Of a DNA stretch of 64,000 nucleotides, positions 8,317-19,121 are shown piece by piece. Source of the stretch: Tetramitus jugosus (Eukaryota > Protista > Heterolobosea); NCBI GenBank assembly GCA_937625935.1, contig OW569364.1, forward strand, positions 310,001 to 374,000. The letters run 5' to 3'. The notes under the pieces are model-generated. The model made no database searches. It saw only the letters and a list, made by a program, of their open reading frames with translations, and was not told where the DNA came from. Position 1 is the stretch's first letter; every line of letters begins with the position of its first letter. The position numbers were made by a program, and so were the translations under genes.

Positions 8317-11157
8317 ATGTGCGCCAAAAAATCCAACAACTCCACGTCGTACAACAAGAGACACGCAGGCAGAGTTTTGTCCTCTGATGAAAAGCGAAAG
8401 ATTACTCAATCGAAACAAGCAACCAAAAATGCTCACAATCCATTTGACTCATTCACACAAAAGAGACACATGGCAGTCAAGGGACAACGTAACCAAACTG
8501 TGAAGCTTTCCCAAGCTCACACGAGAGACCTTCAATCAAGAAGAGACACTCTTCTTGTTGAGCTCAGAAACAAGGATAGAAGTTCCAATTTTAACAATGG
8601 AGACAGCTATGAGAGAAAACCTGAGACCAACAGACCCAATTCCGCTGCCAACTACATTGCTGCTGCATCTGCATTGGCTTATGCTCCTGCTCCTACTACT
8701 ACTACATCTTCCACCAATTCTTCTGTTTCTTCTTCTTCTTCTTATTCTGCTGCTTCTGCTTCCTCTCAACAAGGCCCTCTCAAATTGGATGCCGATCAAC
8801 AAAAGCTATATGAAAAATCTTTGAAAAAATTACAAAAGCGAGATTTGAAGAGAAAGAGATTTACTTTGGATGAAGAAGTGGGTGGTTCGATGAGTAACGG
8901 TAGTGCCATTGATGATTATGATGATCATGATGGTGGGGACATGGGTGATGTTCGTTCTTCCAACAAGAAAAAGAAGGTTAGAGATTCTGCACCTGCAAGC
9001 TCTACTTTTGGTGCTACACTCGGTGACATTGATGAGGCATTTGATAGAAATATGATGTCAACGCTGAACAAGGACGATTATCAGGATGAAGATGGTGAAG
9101 ATGTCGAATTTAGAAACGAGTTTGCCGAGAGAGCCAACAAACGATTGGAAAAATTGCAAGCATTGGAAAACAGACCAAAGACAAATGAAGACAGATACTT
9201 GGAAATTATTCGTAAGAGTAAGCTTCACAAGATTGAGAAACAGAAGAAGAAGGAAGAACAAATGGATACTACCGATGAGATGAATGACAATTTCAACACA
9301 TTGTTGACTCATTTGAGCATGAGACCGAAGAGGGAAGATGAGCCAGAGAATGAAGCAGGAGCTGCTGATGAAGATGAGTACGATAGAGCCATTCGTAGCT
9401 TCTCATTCCAGTCCAAGGTTACACCTGATGTTATCAAAAAGACAGACAAGGAGACTGCTGAGGAGAGAAAACAACGATTGCAAAAGTTGGAAGAGGAGAG
9501 ATTAGCAAGAATGAACACTTCAGCTGCCACTGTTGCAAAGAAGCAAAGTGGTGTTGAATCATTGGATTATGATGAATATTTGTCTGACAATGAAGAAGAT
9601 ATTGGATCGGATGATGAAGTGGATCCAACTGTTCGGTTAGGTGTACCTGATGATGAGCCAGCATCCACCAATAGTGATGATGCTGATCAAAATGGTGATG
9701 CTAAGGAGGAAGAAGATGGTGCTGTGGCCAACGCAAACTCAATGAGTGATGAAGTTGGATCAAACATACCATATGTGATTGAAGCTCCTGCAAACTATGC
9801 TGATTTGAAGAAGTTGGTTGAGGATCGATCACCAGCCGAGGTTTCCATCATCTTCTCCAGAATTAGAGAACTCAATGACGCAAGATTGGGCCATGAACAG
9901 AAACTGAAGCTCCAAAACTTTTTCTCCTTGGTTATCAAGCATTACAAGGGTTATGTCTCACAAATCGAAAAATCTCATGCAGAGGAGAAGCACGTTGATT
10001 TCTCCATGTTGAATGCCATCTATGATCACATCTTTGGTCTCTCTGAGTTGATGCCAAAACATGCTATCTCTGAGTTCAAGAATCATCTTCGCGCAATGCA
10101 TACCGATTTGTTGAATCGATTGAGTACCGGTGCAGAGAGCTTCGGTTATCCATCATCTTCAGATTTGCTCTTCCTAAAGCTGATTTCTAACATTTTCCCA
10201 GTGACAGATTTCCAACACTCTGTCTCCACACCTGCCAATGTCTATATTCATCAATGCTTGGCTGATTGCCAAATCAGGTCACTCAGAGATGTTGCATCAG
10301 GACTCTATCTGTGTGCTACTGCAATTCACTACAATCAAGAAGCAGAGCGGTTCTCTCCAGAGGTTGTTACTTTCTTGACTAATGTATTGAAGACTGTAAC
10401 TGCCACATCAGATGAAATACAGACCGACAACATGGAAGACGGTGCCAACAAAATCAACTGGTTAAGATTGAAAAAGAGTAGTCTCAAGCATGAAACCACC
10501 AAGACTCTATCATTCAACAAGTTTATTATCAACAAGCCAACTTTGGAGCATAAGTTGTCTTTGGTGCGATGTGCAGTGCATCTCGTCAAGCAGTACTCTG
10601 CCATATTTAACCAAGAGTTTACAAGCTATGCTGAAGTATTTGGACCTGTCCAAAGTGCATTGCAAGCCATTCTTAACAAATGCATCAAATCCGACCACTC
10701 TATGCACGCTGAGATCAATCAAGTCATCACTCATATCCAAACAGTGTCCGAGAAGTGCATCAAGATGAGAAAACGTTTGTTGTACTTGGATGTCAAGCCA
10801 CAAGCTATCCCACAATTCACACCTCTTGTCATTGGTACACTCAAGGGTAAGATTATCGATGATGACAAGTTCAGACTTCACACCAAGATTATGTCTCAAA
10901 AGGTCAAGAAAGCACAACGTTCTGCCATCAGAGAAATCAGAAAGGACAATGCTTTCCTTGCCAGAGCCAGAGAAGAAGTTGTTGCCAACGAAATGAAGCA
11001 ACGAAAGGAGAAGTACAAGGAGATTATCAATGACCTGCAAAGCGAGAAGCACCAACAATACCAACTCGACTTTGGAAACAGACAGTTGTCCAGAGATATG
11101 AAGGCAGCCAGAAAGGGCAGAAAAACTGGCAACCAACCTGTAAACCGAAGGAAGTAA
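8317..11157 (+). CDS. NOP14: Nucleolar protein NOP14
   Basis: NPF motif, EIIRKSKLHK, FPVTDFQHSVSTPA, AIREIRKDNAFLAR. Confidence 0.93.
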   Translation: MCAKKSNNSTSYNKRHAGRVLSSDEKRKITQSKQATKNAHNPFDSFTQKRHMAVKGQRNQTVKLSQAHTRDLQSRRDTLLVELRNKDRSSNFNNGDSYERKPETNRPNSAANYIAAASALAYAPAPTTTTSSTNSSVSSSSSYSAASASSQQGPLKLDADQQKLYEKSLKKLQKRDLKRKRFTLDEEVGGSMSNGSAIDDYDDHDGGDMGDVRSSNKKKKVRDSAPASSTFGATLGDIDEAFDRNMMSTLNKDDYQDEDGEDVEFRNEFAERANKRLEKLQALENRPKTNEDRYLEIIRKSKLHKIEKQKKKEEQMDTTDEMNDNFNTLLTHLSMRPKREDEPENEAGAADEDEYDRAIRSFSFQSKVTPDVIKKTDKETAEERKQRLQKLEEERLARMNTSAATVAKKQSGVESLDYDEYLSDNEEDIGSDDEVDPTVRLGVPDDEPASTNSDDADQNGDAKEEEDGAVANANSMSDEVGSNIPYVIEAPANYADLKKLVEDRSPAEVSIIFSRIRELNDARLGHEQKLKLQNFFSLVIKHYKGYVSQIEKSHAEEKHVDFSMLNAIYDHIFGLSELMPKHAISEFKNHLRAMHTDLLNRLSTGAESFGYPSSSDLLFLKLISNIFPVTDFQHSVSTPANVYIHQCLADCQIRSLRDVASGLYLCATAIHYNQEAERFSPEVVTFLTNVLKTVTATSDEIQTDNMEDGANKINWLRLKKSSLKHETTKTLSFNKFIINKPTLEHKLSLVRCAVHLVKQYSAIFNQEFTSYAEVFGPVQSALQAILNKCIKSDHSMHAEINQVITHIQTVSEKCIKMRKRLLYLDVKPQAIPQFTPLVIGTLKGKIIDDDKFRLHTKIMSQKVKKAQRSAIREIRKDNAFLARAREEVVANEMKQRKEKYKEIINDLQSEKHQQYQLDFGNRQLSRDMKAARKGRKTGNQPVNRRK

Positions 11158-11312
11158 AAATTTCACACACATTTGTTCTCTTGTGCACTCTTCTTTCTTC
11201 TGTGTGGATTTCCTCTCCATACCATAGCAGATGACCATCGAGCAGGCCTGACAATCCGAATCAAGCAGAAATAAAAAGTCAGAACTGAACAAAACAACAA
11301 ATAAGATAGAGT

Positions 11313-12759
11313 ATGAGTGACCACTCGTCACAGGAACTGAACACTGTTGTCGTCAATGACGACGATGAAGAAAGCTCCAACAACAGTACGTTGTGGACAG
11401 ACGACAACAACAATAACAACAACCATAACAGCAACGACAAACAACAACAACAAAATCATCAACAAAAAGCGCGGTTGAATGTCACTGACACATCACAGAG
11501 CAACAACAAAAAGACGACATTCACAACAACGACCAAACAAACAACCATGAGTAGTCAAATGAACAACGAAAACCCAAATCAACATTATCAATCATCGTAT
11601 GCCAATGCTTCCACAGTGAACATGAATGATGAAAGTGTCAGCATACTGTCATCACCCTATCAATCATTTGAAAATCATCAACAAGAAGAACAGAATGAAA
11701 GCACAGGAATGTTAAGTCATGCTCATCATCATCATCATCATCATGGTGGAAAAGCTTTGAATCATCATAAAAAGGATTATGAAGCGTTTGTTGGGGTGGA
11801 TGATAAGGATCGATCTGTTCGTTTGTTGAGAATCATGAAAAATATTATTTCAATTGGTTTTATTATGCTCTTGTTTTCCTTCTTTGTTGGTATTGTGGTC
11901 ATGATTGTTCAGGTGATTGAATTTATGCATCGAAAGAATAATGCGATGCGGTTAAGCTTATTTTTGCAGTTGGACAGTCATTGTATGGATGAAGCACGGT
12001 TGTTGAATGATAAAATTCGGAGTTTGGATGCGAATAATGCGGTGGATCTTCGAGTGAATTATTTGCCACAGATTACCTTGTTTGATGCACAATTTTTGAA
12101 ACAGACAGAGAATGATTTGTTAAAGGCGTATGTGTATTTTGTTTTGTGTATTACAATTTGTAAGAATGTTTTTGTAAAGTTAAACTATTGTTTTGTATGT
12201 TTTTTTTAATTGTAGTGTGAAGAGGGTGGTTGCGGGGTTGCCTGCAAATTGTGAAGTCAAGTTATCGTCGAATGCAACAGTGCCCGATGTGTATGCACTG
12301 TGGTGGGTTGAAAAATCAGAGTGCTTACAGTTGATGAGTGACCGACTAGTGAATCGGACACAAAAGTACATTGATAGGAAGTCAAGATTTTTCATTCCAG
12401 AGTATGTATAGCTGCAATTGCCCATACTTGTTGTTTTTGAGTATAATTGTGTATGTGATGTTGTTGACAAATGATGTAGTTGGGTGAAGAATATACCTGA
12501 TGAGAAGACGAGGGAGGCAAAGATTCAGATGATCAAGTTGTATGGCTCTGCCAATGTATTTTCACAATTCGATCCTCATGTTGTGCTCGGGTATGATCTC
12601 AAGACGCGGTTCGCACTCCGAAATATAGTGAGCAATTTAGCGGTCAACCCTTGTTCCTTCAATCAATCATTGACCATTTCTATTGGCACCCGGATCAGTC
12701 ATGGACTGGCAGATAACTCATCTGTCATTTTCACTGGAGTGGCCGGAAGAAAGACATGA
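11313..12759 (+). CDS. Type II membrane protein with a 2H-phosphoesterase-like domain (introns 12128-12215 and 12402-12479)
   Basis: N/Q/H-rich N-terminus, one TM, YLPQITLF and, after splicing, IPDWVKNIPD...KLYGSANVFSQFDPHVVLGYD. Splice phases are consistent. Confidence 0.6.
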
Positions 12760-12846
12760 GGGATTGCACATTTAAGAATATCAATATAATTTGATTAATA
12801 ACAAACATTATGCAGGAAGAAACAGTAGTAATAGCGAATGAATAGT

Positions 12847-13835
12847 TTAGTAAATGTCCAATTCCATTGGATGAACCTTGTCCTTGCCCTTCAACTTTTC
12901 CAATCTGTCCAACTTCTTTTGATAATTGTCCTTCAATTCCTTGACAACTTCTGGATTGGTCTGGAACTCCAGAGCAAAATTGTGCAATGGATTGCCCTTG
13001 GCAAACTTTTCCTTCTTTGACAAGCGAGGCTTCTTTGTAGTCATCTTCTTTAATCGCTTAAAGTCCAAATGCTTTCTTCTCTCCTCTTGCAATTCAATTG
13101 CTTCAAACTTCTCACATAGATCCTTCTCCTCTTCTGGCATTGTTTGATAAGTCTTAATCATAGCTTCAAAGCTCTCTTGTTTCAACACTGCTTCTCTGAG
13201 CTCGCTGTCATTCTCCATTGCTTCAGCCAATTTTTGAGCGTGCCATTCTATCTTTTCTGTTTGCTTTTGTGTCAGTGAATTCTATCATTCATTCATTCAT
13301 TCATTCATTTGAAAGAGAGAGAAAAATAAAAAAAACAACAAATTTTTCCCCATAAGAAAAACCAAAGTCAGTCAGTACTTAAAATCAAGGATATCAAGAT
13401 CAAAACACTTTCAAGAAAAATCATCATTAATCATACCATGTGTTGTTGATTGAGTACTTGCTTTCGCAACCACAGACCAAATCTAGAGTCAATCTTTTCC
13501 TTCTTTGTCTTGATGAGATATTGATCCAATCCACCCATCTTTTCAATACATTTCAACGCATGTGTCGTCGCTTTCAATCGCAATCTCTGATCAAAAGCTT
13601 CACTGAATAGTTTAACGACGTGGACATTAGGTTTCCATGTACGTCTAGTCTTCTTCTCAGAGAAACATGTTTGGTTTCCGAATGAGATGGTTCTGCCATG
13701 ATAGAGACCAAAGTCCACACGTCTTGGACGAATGGTTTTTTTTGGGTAGGAGAAAACAGGTCCAAGTGTGCGAACGTACTTGTTTTCTGGTAGAATTTTG
13801 TTGATGATTGTTTTGGTGGATGCAATGGCAGACAT
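12847..13835 (-). CDS. MRPL28: Mitochondrial ribosomal protein bL28m with long C-terminal extension (intron 13282-13436)
   Basis: GLYHGRTISFGNQTCFSEKKTRRTWKPNV...IEKMGGLDQYL. Splice ATG|GTATGA...ATAG|AAT joins ORF 12847-13230 in frame. Confidence 0.88.
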
Positions 13836-14034
13836 TGTTTGTATGAATGATGCGTGTGAATAAGATGATTTTTTTGTTTTTGTCCTCCAAAGTCGGGAAA
13901 ACAGTTGCATTTTTTGTAAGTGCCGCTCTTTTTCGAGTTCCAGTAAAAGAGCGATCTTTTTTTCGCTTTCCAAAAATCAAAAAACTTCATTATTTATAAG
14001 ACCAAAAAATTCTTGGTCTCATGACAACATTCTT

Positions 14035-16515
14035 ATGATGGACGATGACGACTTGATTGATCAGTTTCTTGCTGATGAAGAAGCTCAACGACAACTAGAC
14101 ATTCAGATCCAAGAAAGAGAAGAAAAACGAAAGAGAAGACCAAAGATTGACGTGGAGAGACAGAACAATTGGGTCTATCCATATGATCCAACAAGAGATC
14201 AGAGGCAATATCAATATGAAATTTCTCAGGCATCTCTGTTCAATAACACACTTGTTTGTCTGCCTACTGGTCTCGGAAAAACGTTGATTGCTAGTGTGGT
14301 CATGTACAACATGTATCGTTGGTTCCAAACTGGAAAAATATTGTTTGTGGCACCGACTGTTTCATTGGTGATGCAACAGTATAGAGCATGCACGAGTACG
14401 ATTGATTTTAAAGAGTCGGATGTGGTTGCGATTACGGGTAGTGTCAGATCGGAGAAGCGATCTGGGCTGTGGAAGGAGAAGAGAATATTCTTTTGTATAG
14501 CTTCGTGCATTGTGAATGATATGAAAAATAATATGATACCGACAGATGATATTGTTCTTGTCGTAGTGGATGAGGCTCATAGAGCAACAGGTGATCATGA
14601 CTATTGTAAGCTCATACGGATGCTGTATGAGAAGACATCGTTTTTCCGCGTGCTAGGATTGACAGCCACACCGGGCAAAGATTTACCAACGATACAAAAG
14701 GTTATCACGAATTTACAAATCAATCATGTTGAAGTGAGATCGGAATCTGATCTGAAACAATATACGCATGATAAGTCAATTGTCGTAGAGCAATGCCCCT
14801 TAACTGAGCCGATACAAGAATTAGAATCAATGTTTGTGCGCTTGGTGACCTCTCTTATCGATATGCTTTTCAACTATAAGGCATATTTTGAGAGAGATCC
14901 CAGACGAGTAACACACCAGGCGCTCAGACAAGCCATGATTTCGTATCTGGGATCAGGAAGAGGAAGGGGTAATTATATGGCAACCAGCGTATTTACACTT
15001 GCGATATCGCTGTACCATGCCTATTCTGATCTTTTAACACAGGGCATTTATGCATTTATTAAGTCGTTGGAAAAAATTGAACTGGCGAACCAAACAGCCA
15101 ATAAGAATAATAAGCTACGGAATTCGATATTTGGTCAACCACTATTTCATGACATGAAACGAAAAGCAAAGGATTTTTTAGAGAAACACAGGCATGAGCA
15201 CCCAAAAATTGTCCGGTTGATTCAGATCGTTAAGGATCACTTTAGGAGAAAAGAGGTGCTCAATGAAAAAACAAGAGTGATTATATTTGCGAACAAGAAG
15301 CAAACTGTAAGATATATAACACAGGTGCTTTCAAAGTTACCTGGTAATTTAATCAAGGCAATGGAGTTTTTGGGACACAATAAGTCAGGACAAGTTGCAG
15401 GATTAACTTCCAAGGAGCAAAAGGAAGTTATCTCCAAGTTTTCGCAAGGAAAGTACAACACATTGGTGTCGACTTCAGTTGGAGAGGAGGGATTAGATAT
15501 TGGAGAAGTGGATATGATTATTTGTTTCGATGCAGTGTCTTCTCCCACAAGAATGATTCAACGTATGGGTCGTACTGGTAGAAAGCGTGACGGTGTTGCT
15601 GTTATGATCTTATCAGAGGGAATGGAGTCAGAAACATATCGACGAGCAGTTGAAAGAACCGAAGTGCTATTTGAACAAATGAAAAAGATACCGACATCAA
15701 AGGGTGTTCGTTTCTTTGACGGAGCGATGCGAATGGTACCGCATGGGGTTGAACCTAGTTGTATCACTCTGGATCTGCGACCAACAAAGTCAAGAGTCAA
15801 AGTTTCACCGCAAAAGAGTCATAACAGAAAGCAACCTATGATTACAACAACTGAATTGAAATATTTGTATAATAATTATGGAAGCAATAATTTTGTCGTG
15901 CCTGGCAGGTATGCCAATCATCTCAAGACATCATTTGGACGATATGTATCGAAACCGACTCCCTCTTATGATATACGGCATTCTGATTGTCTAAAGAGCT
16001 TATTGTTAGGATCAAGGAATCGATTGGATCCCACATACGATTGGGGTGCTCATCAGATTACACCCCCAAACCTCACTCCGCGCAACATTCGATTAAATGT
16101 TCATGAAATTGAGATGGAAGCTATCATGGAGCTTGAAGATGAAGATAAGTTAAAGATGGAGATGGTTGTCTCCACAATGTCACCAGAGGAGACTCTGTCT
16201 GATGAACACGAAGAACGTGACAAGGAGCAAAATATAGAGTATTTGCAAACGGTGAATCATCAGCCAATGGAAAGTCATCCAGAGAATGGCTCTAATGAAA
16301 GTTGGGGATGTGATGAGAATCCAAACGTTGTAGTAACAATGCACGCATCATCCGGTCATGACAGTTTGGATGATTTGGGAGAGTTACTGGATTTGCCTAG
16401 TTCCTTCACTCCATTTTCCTCCTCGACGAGTTCTGCTCCCGCGAACCACACCAAGAGAAGTAGAGAATATCAACAAGAAGTATTGGTCAGCAACAAGAAG
16501 AAAAGGTATCTGTGA
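14035..16515 (+). CDS. FANCM: FANCM/Mph1 DEAH helicase
   Basis: RQYQ, LPTGLGKT, DEAHRA, GLTATPG, STSVGEEGLDIGEVD, QRMGRTGRKRDG. Confidence 0.95.
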   Translation: MMDDDDLIDQFLADEEAQRQLDIQIQEREEKRKRRPKIDVERQNNWVYPYDPTRDQRQYQYEISQASLFNNTLVCLPTGLGKTLIASVVMYNMYRWFQTGKILFVAPTVSLVMQQYRACTSTIDFKESDVVAITGSVRSEKRSGLWKEKRIFFCIASCIVNDMKNNMIPTDDIVLVVVDEAHRATGDHDYCKLIRMLYEKTSFFRVLGLTATPGKDLPTIQKVITNLQINHVEVRSESDLKQYTHDKSIVVEQCPLTEPIQELESMFVRLVTSLIDMLFNYKAYFERDPRRVTHQALRQAMISYLGSGRGRGNYMATSVFTLAISLYHAYSDLLTQGIYAFIKSLEKIELANQTANKNNKLRNSIFGQPLFHDMKRKAKDFLEKHRHEHPKIVRLIQIVKDHFRRKEVLNEKTRVIIFANKKQTVRYITQVLSKLPGNLIKAMEFLGHNKSGQVAGLTSKEQKEVISKFSQGKYNTLVSTSVGEEGLDIGEVDMIICFDAVSSPTRMIQRMGRTGRKRDGVAVMILSEGMESETYRRAVERTEVLFEQMKKIPTSKGVRFFDGAMRMVPHGVEPSCITLDLRPTKSRVKVSPQKSHNRKQPMITTTELKYLYNNYGSNNFVVPGRYANHLKTSFGRYVSKPTPSYDIRHSDCLKSLLLGSRNRLDPTYDWGAHQITPPNLTPRNIRLNVHEIEMEAIMELEDEDKLKMEMVVSTMSPEETLSDEHEERDKEQNIEYLQTVNHQPMESHPENGSNESWGCDENPNVVVTMHASSGHDSLDDLGELLDLPSSFTPFSSSTSSAPANHTKRSREYQQEVLVSNKKKRYL

Positions 16516-16530
16516 TAAAATGAGTGTCTT

Positions 16531-17148
16531 TTACAACTTTCGAGCTAGAATGGTTTGTATTTGGGCTTTGTCATCCTGATGATAATGCACGATATCCCAA
16601 TCAGAAAACAATTCTTTGAGTTCATCTTCCTCCAACTTGAACGCACTAGGAATCGTATTCGCGTGACAAGACACTGGATCTTGGTTCTTATCTCTCGGGG
16701 CATAAAATGTTTCCATGAATACATGACCATTACACTTCACAGAGTCCTTTATCGATGCAAACAACCTGCGATCCAAAAAATAGGTAACAACTACAAAGTC
16801 ATAATAATTACTTTGCAATTGATAGTCATCCAAATCGATCACAGCTCCCTTGATCATTGCTTGCTCCTGGTTGTCTCCACGAGCTTTCTGATTGATAAAA
16901 TCAATGGCTACATCTGAAATATCTAATGCATCCACACTGTACCCATGTTCTGCCATCAAGAAGCTATTTCCACCCAAGCCACAAGCCAAATCAAGACACT
17001 TAAGATTCTGGTCAACAGACAATTTCCCAATCGCATGGAGAGACAACAAATGACTCAAGCGGGAATTTGGAGCGGGAACCGTTTGGGAGTCATTCAACAA
17101 ACGTTGTTGGTGCTTACCATTCCATTTGACACAATCTTGAACAACCAT
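16531..17148 (-). CDS. Class I SAM methyltransferase, TehB-like, bacterial type
   Basis: LDLACGLGGNS, LDISDVAI, YDFVVVTYFLDRRLF; no intron. Confidence 0.85.
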   Translation of the reverse strand: MVVQDCVKWNGKHQQRLLNDSQTVPAPNSRLSHLLSLHAIGKLSVDQNLKCLDLACGLGGNSFLMAEHGYSVDALDISDVAIDFINQKARGDNQEQAMIKGAVIDLDDYQLQSNYYDFVVVTYFLDRRLFASIKDSVKCNGHVFMETFYAPRDKNQDPVSCHANTIPSAFKLEEDELKELFSDWDIVHYHQDDKAQIQTILARKL

Positions 17149-17227
17149 TTTTTTTGTTTGTGTTTGTTGTCGAGAAGCAAAAACTACAAGTCTTCATGTT
17201 GAATGAATACACTCCTTCATCACATGG

Positions 17228-18349
17228 TTACACAAAAGTAAATGTACTGTGTAGTTCACAAAGATTGAAAGCAGGATACAAATCAAGGCCAGTGAGATCA
17301 CGGAATGCAACACCCAAATCTTGGCCGTTGACTGAAAAACTTAACTCTCCATTCTGAAGTGATACTCCAATCTCTGTTCCATTGGAATTGATCCCTGAAT
17401 TAAAGTATGGAGTAGCACAATCGCCATTTTGAGAATACAAACAACCGCTTCCGCATTCAAGATACCATCCACACTTGTCGAAATTTTGACCGTTCTTGTC
17501 GATTGTTTTAGGTGCCATTCCAACCATTAAGGTATTGCAATTCTTGATCAAACGAATCGTAAATGAATCACATTTCGTCCCAAGTGCAGCACAGTCCCAA
17601 CCTTGCCTTGAGTGCTTCTTAATTCTCTTGTTGTTGTGTGAGAGGATGGCTCCTTTTCCAATGAACATTGGGTCAAACGATGCTCCACTGATCTTTCTCT
17701 GATTGGCAGCTTTTGTGATTGCAGAATTCAAGGCATAACTATACTGTGCTCTGTTTTCAACATCAACTTCAATCCATGCTTGCACAGCATAAAATGCACT
17801 TCGATCATTATTTTTGTTGACAAACATTGACAATGCAGACATCCAATGTTCAACACTCAGTGTCAAGTAGGAACTTCCTTTCAATATTTGTAAAAACTGT
17901 CGTTGAATCTTTTCCTTGACTTCTGTGATTTGATTATGTTCTAAATCGAGTTGTAAACATTGTAACATGTAATCGGCACTCATATTGTTTAGCAAATGTT
18001 GAACAAGCAGCGGTACCAACGTGTTCAATTGATACTTTTGGGCCAAGAGAATCATTGGGACAACGTCCCTCTGGTGTTTCACTTCCACTTGACATGTATA
18101 AAGACCCTTGATTAATCCAGTCATCAATTGCTCATCTTCTTCCATTCTAATTGTTCCTGTTCTGGATTCCACCATATCAAGTTCCAAACAAGCCTTGAAA
18201 AAGTCACTGTTTATAATGAGAATAAACCTGTGCAGGAACAATGTGGTATTGCTCTTGGGGAACCATGCTTGACAATCAGAATACAATTGATTGTTGAAAT
18301 GTTGAATCAGATTTACTTGTGGCTGAACGTAGGGAATTATGGATATCAT
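17228..18349 (-). CDS. BTB-BACK-SPRY protein
   Basis: YSDC...LHRFILIINSDFF (BTB), AVQAWIEVD (BACK), IGVSL...LSFSVNGQDLGVAF...LYPAF (SPRY). Confidence 0.88.
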   Translation of the reverse strand: MISIIPYVQPQVNLIQHFNNQLYSDCQAWFPKSNTTLFLHRFILIINSDFFKACLELDMVESRTGTIRMEEDEQLMTGLIKGLYTCQVEVKHQRDVVPMILLAQKYQLNTLVPLLVQHLLNNMSADYMLQCLQLDLEHNQITEVKEKIQRQFLQILKGSSYLTLSVEHWMSALSMFVNKNNDRSAFYAVQAWIEVDVENRAQYSYALNSAITKAANQRKISGASFDPMFIGKGAILSHNNKRIKKHSRQGWDCAALGTKCDSFTIRLIKNCNTLMVGMAPKTIDKNGQNFDKCGWYLECGSGCLYSQNGDCATPYFNSGINSNGTEIGVSLQNGELSFSVNGQDLGVAFRDLTGLDLYPAFNLCELHSTFTFV

Positions 18350-18438
18350 TCCTTCTTTAACAATAAAGCTCTGGTTTGGTTTTGTTCAACTGGAGTGATC
18401 AGAAAAAACGCTCGTCAACCTATGAAATTAGACAGAAC

Positions 18439-19011
18439 TTAGTATTTATAGTGCCCAACATCAGAAGATTGTGTAATGAGTTCCGACACCTTAGTTAAAG
18501 CAATTCTGTCTTCTTCACCAAATGAATCCAACACCAGACTATCGACATCGATCAGTCCAATCAACTCACCAGCCTTATTGAACAATGGCACACAAATCTC
18601 ACTATTGCTCGCACTGTCACATGCGATATGACCTGGAAATTTGTGCACATCCGGAACTACTATACATTGAGCAGTGGAGGCACAGTGTCCACAAACACCC
18701 CGATCGAAACGAATTCTTGTACAGGCAATCAATCCTTGAAAAGGACCCAACACCAACTCCTTCACAGGCTTGTCAACTGTTTTATGATCCAACAAATAAA
18801 ATCCAAACCAATTGACCGCTCCATCAAAATACTCCTTCTTATTCATCTCATGGTAGAATAAGCTGGCCGTGTTGGCCAAATTGGCAACAAAATTGTCCTC
18901 TCCTTCAAATAATCCAGTCAACTGGGACAGTAAATTCTTGTAAAGTTCTTCCTTCTTGTCATGATGAACAGTAATGTCTCTGTCTGTGCTTGAAGTGGCT
19001 TGAAATCCCAT
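18439..19011 (-). CDS. Free methionine-R-sulfoxide reductase (GAF domain, MsrC/YebR family)
   Basis: NWFGFY, LGPFQGLIAC, GVCG, PDVHKFPGHIACDSASNSEICVP. Confidence 0.93.
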   Translation of the reverse strand: MGFQATSSTDRDITVHHDKKEELYKNLLSQLTGLFEGEDNFVANLANTASLFYHEMNKKEYFDGAVNWFGFYLLDHKTVDKPVKELVLGPFQGLIACTRIRFDRGVCGHCASTAQCIVVPDVHKFPGHIACDSASNSEICVPLFNKAGELIGLIDVDSLVLDSFGEEDRIALTKVSELITQSSDVGHYKY

Positions 19012-19121
19012 GATTACTGAGCTTTGTTTTCTTTCCAAGCAGGGATCTCTGTCATCTTCGGAGAATCAAGATGGCGCCCAATTTTAAAAACTCCTCTCCG
19101 GTTTCACACAAAAACACCAAA

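Noticed and set aside
8536-11331. Numerous antisense and alternate-frame ORFs over long genes (here and throughout the window)
   Set aside because: Shadow ORFs caused by codon bias and GAT/AAC low-complexity tracts.
13284-13309. (ATTC)n microsatellite and coding AAC/GAT/CAT tracts
   Set aside because: Ordinary simple repeats typical of this genome.
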